Assembly (NCBI GenBank): GCA_051745145.1
Contig: JBNJDT010000067.1
Location: 1-7,227, forward strand
Source of the DNA: Elusimicrobiota bacterium
GTDB lineage: Bacteria > CG03 > SLGR01 > JAGXOG01
Direction of reading: 5' to 3'
Length of the DNA stretch: 7,227 nucleotides
Shown here: positions 1-5,885 of the stretch, in pieces
Layout of the letters: each line of letters begins with the position of its first letter
How positions within the stretch are numbered: position 1 is the first letter of the stretch
Program-made: the position numbers and the translations under genes
The notes under the pieces: model-generated
Database searches by the model: none
What the model saw: the letters and a program-made list of their open reading frames with translations, nothing else
What the model was told of the DNA's origin: nothing

Positions 1-216
1 CATGCTATAGCCGGGTATGACCAGGAAAAAGCAAAGGATGTTTTAAATATACCTTCTGATATGGAGCTTATCACTTTAATTATTGTAGGTAAAAAATCCA
101 GGGATCCGGGGAATAAATTAACTGAAAAACAAAAAAAATCGGAAAAGAGAAGACCTTCGCGTTTAGAAGTAAGTGAATACGTATATTATGAAAAATACGG
201 GAAAGGAGATAAGTAA
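1..216 (+). CDS. Nitroreductase family protein, C-terminal fragment (5' end outside the window)
   Basis: Not in the ORF track. Frame 1 is open from base 1 to TAA at 214-216 and reads HAIAGYDQEKAKDVLNIPSDMELITLIIVGKKSRDPGNKLTEKQKKSEKRRPSRLEVSEYVYYEKYGKGDK. The pattern H-x-x-x-G-[FY]-D...L-x-I-P...G...R is typical of nitroreductase C-termini. The stop overlaps the next start (TAATG). Confidence 0.82.
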   Translation, partial: HAIAGYDQEKAKDVLNIPSDMELITLIIVGKKSRDPGNKLTEKQKKSEKRRPSRLEVSEYVYYEKYGKGDK

Positions 217-731
217 TGGGTAAAAAGATAGCGGCAATAGTTACTGATAAATTTGAAGATACAGAATACAGCGCCCCGGTTAAAGCTTTTAAAAGAGCAG
301 GGCATGAAATTGTAAATGTAGGTATTAAAAAAGAGGGAAAATCCGTTAAAGGTAAGTCAAAAGGCACAAAAATAATAATTGATGAAGAAGTTGAAAATGT
401 TAACTTCAAAGATTACGATGCCCTTTTAATACCCGGCGGCTATTCTCCGGACAAACTGAGAGTAAGTGCCGGTGCGGTAGAATTCGTAAAAAGTTTTGTA
501 AAAAATGACAAACCGGTTTTTTCCATCTGCCACGGCCCCCAGCTTTTAATAACCGCCAGAGTTTTAGAGGGTAGAAAGGTTACCGGATACAAATCCATAA
601 AACAGGATATAAAAAATGCCGGTGCTGAATTTATAGATAAAAAAGTGGTTGTTGACGGGAACCTGGTCTCCAGCAGGAATCCACAGGATTTACCGGCTTT
701 TATTGAAGCGTCTTTAAAAAAATTAAAATAA
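216..731 (+). CDS. PfpI/DJ-1 family (YhbO/YfkM-like) type 1 glutamine amidotransferase-domain protein; putative deglycase/glyoxalase or protease
   Basis: 171 aa with FEDTE (conserved Glu), YDALLIPGG-x-SPDKLR, nucleophile elbow ICHGPQ, and VVVDGNLVSSRNPQDLPAF. AAGGAG at 203-208. Confidence 0.95.
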   Translation: MGKKIAAIVTDKFEDTEYSAPVKAFKRAGHEIVNVGIKKEGKSVKGKSKGTKIIIDEEVENVNFKDYDALLIPGGYSPDKLRVSAGAVEFVKSFVKNDKPVFSICHGPQLLITARVLEGRKVTGYKSIKQDIKNAGAEFIDKKVVVDGNLVSSRNPQDLPAFIEASLKKLK

Positions 732-752
732 AGGAGGAAAAATATTCAGAAA

Positions 753-1895
753 ATGATACGGAAAATAAAGTTGATTTTTAAGAAGAATTATTTCTTCTTT
801 TCGATAATTTTTCTTTTATCCGTCATATTTTTTTCGGTGACCGTTTGTAATGCGGATTCTCTGCCTTTGGAGAAAATTGAGTTACCCCCGGGTTTTAAAA
901 TATCTTTATTTGCAGAAGATGTGCAGGGGGCAAGATCTCTTTGTAAGACTCCCGGGGGCACAATTTTTGTAGGTTCCCGGGGAGCGGGGAACGTATACGC
1001 CCTAACTGATAAAGACGGGGACGGGAAATCAGATAGAAAATTTTTAATTGACGGAGGACTATTTTCCCCTAACGGGGTGGCTTTTAAAGACGGAGATCTT
1101 TATGTGGCCGAGATAGATAAAATTTTAAAATACCCGGATATTGAAGAAAAACTATCTTCGCCGCCCGAACCGGTAGTTGTGAATGATTCTTTCCCGTCTG
1201 AAAGATCTCACGGCTGGAAATTTATTAAATTTTCGCCGGAGGGAAAGCTGTTTATCCCGGTAGGAATGCCGTGTAATGTCTGCGACCCCGAAGATGAGAT
1301 ATTCGGCACGATTATGAGAATGGATCCGGACGGATCAAATTTGGAACTATTTGCCCAAGGCATAAGGAATTCCGTGGGTTTTGACTGGCACCCGGAAACC
1401 GGCAATTTATATTTTACAGACAACGGAAGGGACTGGCTGGGGGATAACCGTCCGCCAGATGAATTAAACAGGGCCCCCGAAAAAGGAATGCATTTTGGTT
1501 TTCCCTACTGCCACGGAAAAGATATACCGGATCCAGAATTTGGAGAAAAAGGTAATTGTGATAATTATGTGCCGCCGGTTAAAGAGCTGGGCCCCCATGT
1601 TGCCGCCCTGGGAATGAGATTTTATACCGGTGAAATGTTTCCGGAAAAATACCAAAACCGGATATTTATAGCCGAACACGGGTCCTGGAATCGCTCCCAG
1701 CCCATAGGTTACAGAATCACCAATGTACTGTTAAAAGATGATGAGGAACCGGAATACAAAGTTTTTGCCCGGGGGTGGCTTGACGGTGGCAATAAATGGG
1801 GCCGTCCGGTTGATATTCAGGAGCTGGATGACGGATCTATGCTTGTATCGGACGATAAAGCCGGAGTAATATACAGAATTGTTTACAGAAAGTAG
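753..1895 (+). CDS. Exported PQQ-dependent glucose/sorbosone dehydrogenase-family beta-propeller protein
   Basis: Basic then hydrophobic N-terminal signal peptide. Family motifs IELPPGFKISLFA, PNGVAF, HGWKFIKF, PCNVC, GIRNSVGFDWHP, DNGRDWLG, PDELN, HGSWNR, GRPVD and SDDKAG. Confidence 0.9.
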   Translation: MIRKIKLIFKKNYFFFSIIFLLSVIFFSVTVCNADSLPLEKIELPPGFKISLFAEDVQGARSLCKTPGGTIFVGSRGAGNVYALTDKDGDGKSDRKFLIDGGLFSPNGVAFKDGDLYVAEIDKILKYPDIEEKLSSPPEPVVVNDSFPSERSHGWKFIKFSPEGKLFIPVGMPCNVCDPEDEIFGTIMRMDPDGSNLELFAQGIRNSVGFDWHPETGNLYFTDNGRDWLGDNRPPDELNRAPEKGMHFGFPYCHGKDIPDPEFGEKGNCDNYVPPVKELGPHVAALGMRFYTGEMFPEKYQNRIFIAEHGSWNRSQPIGYRITNVLLKDDEEPEYKVFARGWLDGGNKWGRPVDIQELDDGSMLVSDDKAGVIYRIVYRK

Positions 1896-1907
1896 GTAGT
1901 TTAAAAA

Positions 1908-1916
1908 TAAGGAGGT
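1908..1916 (+). promoter_or_regulatory. Shine-Dalgarno site for the SHOCT gene
   Basis: TAAGGAGGT, 7 nt upstream of ATG 1924. Confidence 0.8.
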
Positions 1917-1923
1917 AAAATTT

Positions 1924-2160
1924 ATGTATCCGATGCACTACGGAGGGAGTATGGGTTATGGGGGATATAGTGGTATATTCATGTGGGTAATATTTATCAT
2001 TGTAATAGGGCTGCTGGTATACATGGTAGTTAAAGTTTCCAAGTCACCGGAAAATGATGAGAAAAGTAAAGAAAGCGCCCTGGATATTTTAAAGAAAAGA
2101 TATGCGTCCGGAGAAATTTCCAAAGAGGAATTTAAGGAAAAGAAAAAGGATATACTTTAA
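1924..2160 (+). CDS. Small single-pass membrane protein with a C-terminal SHOCT domain
   Basis: Gly/Met/Tyr-rich N-terminus, one hydrophobic helix, then ALDILKKRYASGEISKEEFKEKKKDI (SHOCT signature). Strong RBS TAAGGAGGT at 1908-1916. Confidence 0.9.
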   Translation: MYPMHYGGSMGYGGYSGIFMWVIFIIVIGLLVYMVVKVSKSPENDEKSKESALDILKKRYASGEISKEEFKEKKKDIL

Positions 2161-2184
2161 AGTAATAATAAGAGAGGAGAAATT

Positions 2185-2379
2185 ATGAAAGTAAAAGTAG
2201 ACGAAGATCTGTGTACGGGTTGTGAGCTGTGTGTGGGTATAAGTCCGGATATTTTTAAGATGTCCGGGGATGTAGCGGTAGCTTTTGATAATAACGATCC
2301 GGTTCCCGGGGATATGGAGGCAGATGCCGAAGAGGCGGCATCCATGTGTCCGGTAGAGGCTATTATCATTGAGGAATAA
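2185..2379 (+). CDS. Monocluster [4Fe-4S] ferredoxin
   Basis: 64 aa, acidic. CTGCELC (CxxCxxC) plus distal CPVEAI gives four Cys for one cluster. GAGGAG at 2174-2179. Confidence 0.93.
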   Translation: MKVKVDEDLCTGCELCVGISPDIFKMSGDVAVAFDNNDPVPGDMEADAEEAASMCPVEAIIIEE

Positions 2380-2421
2380 GATACAATTTGTTAAATATAT
2401 AATTATAAAATGAAATTTAAT

Positions 2422-2428
2422 AGGAGGT
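2422..2428 (+). promoter_or_regulatory. Shine-Dalgarno site for the CuA lipoprotein gene
   Basis: AGGAGGT, 8 nt upstream of ATG 2437. Confidence 0.8.
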
Positions 2429-2436
2429 AATTTTAA

Positions 2437-2862
2437 ATGGGAAGACTTAAACTTCTGTTGATACCTATTTTTTTGCTGGCCGTCGGCTGTGAAAATAATC
2501 AAGTTGATACCGGTACTGAACTGAACAAGAGCACAGCCGCCGAAAGCATGGGAGAAGCCAGGTTTTCCGGAACTTTCAAAGACGGGGTAAGAGAAATTTC
2601 AATGAGTGCTTACCAGTTTGCTTTTGACCCGGATGAGGTTCTGGTAAAAAAGGGTGAAAAAGTAAGGCTGGTAGTTAAAAGTACGGATGTTACCCACGGC
2701 ATAGCTATAGAAGATTTGGATATAGACCGAAAATTACCTCCGGGGGAAGAGGTAGTTATAGAATTTACTCCCCAAAAATCCGGGACTCTTCATTTCCACT
2801 GTTCTGTATATTGCGGATCGGGTCACGGGAGAATGCACGGAGAAATTATAGTAAAAAAATAG
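2437..2862 (+). CDS. Cupredoxin-domain lipoprotein with a CuA-type binuclear copper site (CoxII/NosZ C-terminal-like domain)
   Basis: Lipobox LAVG-C (Cys18, 2488-2490). AYQFAFDP start of the cupredoxin fold, DVTHG (His ligand) and CSVYCGSGHGRM (CxxxCxxxHxxM). No CoxII transmembrane helices. AGGAGGT at 2422-2428. Confidence 0.88.
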   Translation: MGRLKLLLIPIFLLAVGCENNQVDTGTELNKSTAAESMGEARFSGTFKDGVREISMSAYQFAFDPDEVLVKKGEKVRLVVKSTDVTHGIAIEDLDIDRKLPPGEEVVIEFTPQKSGTLHFHCSVYCGSGHGRMHGEIIVKK

Positions 2863-3858
2863 TTGAAACTTACGGATAAAATAAAAACGGTTAAAATTAA
2901 AACTTTAATGGGGGGGTTTTTAGTAATACTGGCCGTTGCCGGGATTAGAGAGCTCGGTGTAAAACAGACCCTGCCCCAGCTTGTTATTGCCGTAATTTCG
3001 GCCGGATTTTTAGATTTTGGGATTCTTTTTGTAAAAAAACGAAATTTGATCTTCCCCTCATCCGCCATTATTTCCGGGTTAATAATTTCTCTGGTCTTAA
3101 AACCGGGAACCCAGCCGGCGGTTGCAGTCTTTGCCGCTTCTGTGGCCATATTGTCAAAACACATAATAAAATTGGACAATAGACATATCTTTAATCCTGC
3201 GAATTTCGGGCTCCTGGTCACTGTGCTCATTTTCAATACCTATCTTTCCTGGTGGGGAGGAGTATCTACCTGGCCGGTAGTGGCCATGGGACTGTTAATC
3301 GGAATAAGATACAGGAGATTGCATTTACTTTTTTCTTTTTTTATAACCGGAATAACAGTTATGGGAATTCATTCCCTGGTCCGGGGAATACCTTTAAAAA
3401 ATTCCCTGTTTATGTTAAATTATTTTTTCTTATTTGTAATGGTTGTTGAACCGAAAACTTCGCCGGTAAAAAAAGGGGGAAGAATTATTTACGGAGTACT
3501 GGCTGCTTTATTCTCAACGGGTTTTTTGGTTTTCGACCGTGCTGGCGGCAATTACTGGGTTGCCGGGCTGGCCGGGGCTAATATTTTAGTCCCTGCTATA
3601 AACCGGTTAACATTACCCAAATCCACGGCAGGAAGGGTGGAAGATACTAAAAGAAATGTGAAAATTTGCGCTGAGTACTGCGGGAGTTGCCCCTCCTTTC
3701 CCGATGACGGGGGTGGAATACTTTACTGTGCCCGGGGCAAAAGCAGCGTTGACGCTGGTTCAATAGGGAAGAAAGGGTGTATGTGTCCGGACTGTGAGGT
3801 GCAAAAAGATTCCGGGAGTACGGGGACTTACTACTGTATATACAAAAAGAGTAAATAA
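2863..3858 (+). CDS. RnfD/NqrB-like (NQR2_RnfD_RnfE family) membrane protein fused to a C-terminal Cys-rich DUF2769-like domain, copy 1
   Basis: Multiple hydrophobic helices with SAIISGLII, AILSKH, HIFNPANFG, FVMVVEPKTSP, GRIIYG and ANILVP. C-terminus VEDTKRNVKICAEYCGSCPS...LYCARGKS...KKGCMCPDCEV...YYC has 8 Cys. The TTG start is supported by N-terminal alignment to copy 2. Confidence 0.8.
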   Translation: MKLTDKIKTVKIKTLMGGFLVILAVAGIRELGVKQTLPQLVIAVISAGFLDFGILFVKKRNLIFPSSAIISGLIISLVLKPGTQPAVAVFAASVAILSKHIIKLDNRHIFNPANFGLLVTVLIFNTYLSWWGGVSTWPVVAMGLLIGIRYRRLHLLFSFFITGITVMGIHSLVRGIPLKNSLFMLNYFFLFVMVVEPKTSPVKKGGRIIYGVLAALFSTGFLVFDRAGGNYWVAGLAGANILVPAINRLTLPKSTAGRVEDTKRNVKICAEYCGSCPSFPDDGGGILYCARGKSSVDAGSIGKKGCMCPDCEVQKDSGSTGTYYCIYKKSK

Positions 3859-4001
3859 TAACGGGAAAATAGGTTGTCGTTTCTGATAAATTTAAAATAA
3901 GCCGTTTTGCGAAGGGGTAATGGAAATGAATAAGATATCAAAAGAACATCCGGGTTGAGCTTTACAGCCGCATAGAATTTTAGAAAATTTGGGAGAAAAA
4001 A

Positions 4002-4991
4002 ATGAATAAACTTACTAAAATAAAAACACTAAAAATTAAGCCGGTAATAATGGTCTCTTTACTGATACTGGCGGGAGTGGGTACCGCTACATACGGGTTG
4101 CAGTCAACAGGATATCAGCTTTTAATTGCAGCTGGTGTGGCGGGATTTTTGGATTTTGTATTTATTTTAATGAAAAAGGGGGATTTAGCTTTTCCGTCGT
4201 CCGGTATTATTACCGGTTTAATAATAGCTCTGGTATTAAAACAGGGAACAAATCCGTCAATTGTAGCTTTTGCTTCTACGGTAGCTATATTGTCAAAATA
4301 TATAATAATATATAACAGGGGCCATGTTTTCAATCCGGCAAATTTTGGAATTCTTATCTCCTTACTGGCTTTTGATATAACTCTTTCCTGGTGGGGAGGT
4401 ATTCCTACATGGCTTGTTGTAGCTCTAGGTCTTATGATTATTTTTAAGTATCAGAGAGTATCTCTGGTTATAATATTTTTTATTACCAGTCTGATAGTTA
4501 TGAGTTATTTTACATTACCAAGAGGGGGTATACTGGCTAATAATCTCCGGTCCTTTAATTATTTTTTCTTATTTTTTATGGTGACGGATCCGAAAACTTC
4601 TCCGATAAAAAAGTCTGGGAGAATTTTCTATGGAATAATGGTGGCAGTTTTTTCAGCGGTATTTTTTGCTCTTGATATAATAAATATTAATTACTGGATA
4701 GCTGGCCTGGCCGGTGCCAATCTTATAGTCCCGGTTATAAACTGGCTAACCGTGAAAAGATCTGCTGTAAATCGAGTAGAAGATACTAAAAAGAATAGAA
4801 AAATATGCGCCCAAAATTGCGGTAAGTGTCCCACTTTCTCCCAGATAGACGGGGAAATACTTTTTTGTGCCCGGGGAACAAGCGCTGACAAGACTTTAGA
4901 GAAAAAAGGATGCTGGTGCCCGGAATGTGATGTACAAAAAGCCAGCGGATGTACGGGTACTTATTACTGCATATACGGTGAAAACAGTTAA
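4002..4991 (+). CDS. RnfD/NqrB-like membrane protein fused to a C-terminal Cys-rich DUF2769-like domain, copy 2
   Basis: Colinear paralogue of 2863-3858 with HVFNPANFG, SWWGG, FFMVTDPKTSP, GRIFYG and ANLIVP. C-terminus CAQNCGKCPT...LFCARGTS...KKGCWCPECDV...YYC. GGGAG at 3991-3995. Confidence 0.82.
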   Translation: MNKLTKIKTLKIKPVIMVSLLILAGVGTATYGLQSTGYQLLIAAGVAGFLDFVFILMKKGDLAFPSSGIITGLIIALVLKQGTNPSIVAFASTVAILSKYIIIYNRGHVFNPANFGILISLLAFDITLSWWGGIPTWLVVALGLMIIFKYQRVSLVIIFFITSLIVMSYFTLPRGGILANNLRSFNYFFLFFMVTDPKTSPIKKSGRIFYGIMVAVFSAVFFALDIININYWIAGLAGANLIVPVINWLTVKRSAVNRVEDTKKNRKICAQNCGKCPTFSQIDGEILFCARGTSADKTLEKKGCWCPECDVQKASGCTGTYYCIYGENS

Positions 4992-4999
4992 TTTATAAG

Positions 5000-5005
5000 A
5001 GGAGG
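5000..5005 (+). promoter_or_regulatory. Shine-Dalgarno site for the tautomerase gene
   Basis: AGGAGG, 8 nt upstream of ATG 5014. Confidence 0.8.
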
Positions 5006-5013
5006 AAAATAGT

Positions 5014-5202
5014 ATGCCCACAGTAAAAATTGAAGGACCAAAAATTGATAGCGTGGATAAAAAGAGAGATTTGACAAAAAAAGTTACCGATGCCCTGGAG
5101 GAGACTTACGGTTTACCCCGCCAGGCTTACGTGGTACTTATTAAAGAAAATAAATCGGAGAATGTCTCTGTAGGAGGAAAACTTATAATAGATCAACAAT
5201 AA
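5014..5202 (+). CDS. 4-oxalocrotonate tautomerase family protein (DmpI-like)
   Basis: 62 aa with Met-Pro start (catalytic Pro1), KKRDLTKKVTDA and VLIKENKSENVSVGG. AGGAGG at 5000-5005. Confidence 0.9.
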   Translation: MPTVKIEGPKIDSVDKKRDLTKKVTDALEETYGLPRQAYVVLIKENKSENVSVGGKLIIDQQ

Positions 5203-5217
5203 ATAGTTTTTAAAAAT

Positions 5218-5805
5218 ATGGCGAAAGAAATTAGTATGAACCGTTTTCTCAAAGAGGGTATGCCTTCTTTTGAACTTCCAATTAAAGAAGAACGCCTGGC
5301 CGAGTACCTGGGCAAAATTGTTTCGGCCGCTTCGTTTATTGATACGGGAGGAAAACGGCATACTCCTTTAAAATGCAGAAAAGAAGAGTGCAGGGGCAGG
5401 CTTGTGGTACGCCGTAAACCTCCGGGAAAAATAAGATGGCACTGCCCCGGGTGCAAAGATAGTGGAATTATTTCCGGTTGGGAAGACAGCCCCTGGGATT
5501 ACCAAAGATATAAAAAAGACGGCCCGGGCGATAAAATAATTTCTCTTGTTAAACCCCAAATAGTTAAGTTAAAACTTACCCCGGCCGAATACGATACTCT
5601 TTTCAATATTTTAATTATCGACAATACTGTAGAATCACTACTGTATAAAGCAGAATATGAAGACAACAAAATAATTATCCGGGCGCCGTATGAATTATTT
5701 GAAGAATTATTAGGTTATGTCGGTTCCGAAATCAATCACGACTCCTCTGATGAGAAAAAGCGGATACTGGAAAACATATTTTGTAAAATAGAAGACATTT
5801 TATAA
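5218..5805 (+). CDS. Hypothetical protein with a putative Zn-ribbon
   Basis: 195 aa ORF co-oriented with the cluster. Four Cys in CRKEEC...WHCPGC, followed by GIISGWEDSPWD and an acidic C-terminal domain. No clear RBS. Confidence 0.75.
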   Translation: MAKEISMNRFLKEGMPSFELPIKEERLAEYLGKIVSAASFIDTGGKRHTPLKCRKEECRGRLVVRRKPPGKIRWHCPGCKDSGIISGWEDSPWDYQRYKKDGPGDKIISLVKPQIVKLKLTPAEYDTLFNILIIDNTVESLLYKAEYEDNKIIIRAPYELFEELLGYVGSEINHDSSDEKKRILENIFCKIEDIL

Positions 5806-5885
5806 CTAAATTTGTTGAGCAACTATTTTTGATAATCATACTCTACCTATCTTCCTCTAAAGCAAAAGTGATTTAATAAAATATA

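Larger units (their letters stand above)
2863..4991 (+). repeat. Diverged tandem gene duplication (2863-3858 and 4002-4991)
   Basis: The proteins align end to end (331 vs 329 aa) with shared blocks AGFLDF, VAILSK, FNPANFG, LSWWGG, NYFFLF, PKTSP, AGLAGAN, RVEDTK, CARG and TGTYYCIY. Many substitutions indicate an old duplication. Confidence 0.9.

Noticed and set aside
1008..1034. DKDGDGKSD Ca-binding (DxDxDG) loop in the dehydrogenase
   Set aside because: It is a common feature of this propeller family and not novel.
2388..2407. Rex-like operator (TTGTTAA-ATAT-ATAATTA), TATAAT box and TATAATTATA palindrome in the ferredoxin-CuA spacer
   Set aside because: The second half-site matches poorly, there is no well-spaced -35, and such matches are expected by chance in a nearly pure A/T spacer.
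2437..2862. Calling the cupredoxin coxB/ctaC or nosZ
   Set aside because: It lacks the subunit II transmembrane helices and the NosZ catalytic propeller, and there is no subunit I nearby.
2863..4991. Calling the two membrane genes rnfD/nqrB of a canonical Rnf/Nqr complex
   Set aside because: No FMN-attachment motif, no partner subunits in the window, and an extra Cys-rich domain, so the gene symbol was withheld.
5732..5839. 35 aa minus-strand ORF (MIIKNSCSTNLV...) with a purine-rich upstream sequence, downstream of glnA
   Set aside because: It mostly overlaps the 195 aa gene in antisense and has no recognisable motif.
5806..5885. Intrinsic terminator between the convergent genes (GTTG-AG-CAAC followed by a T run)
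   Set aside because: The stem is too short and weak to call.
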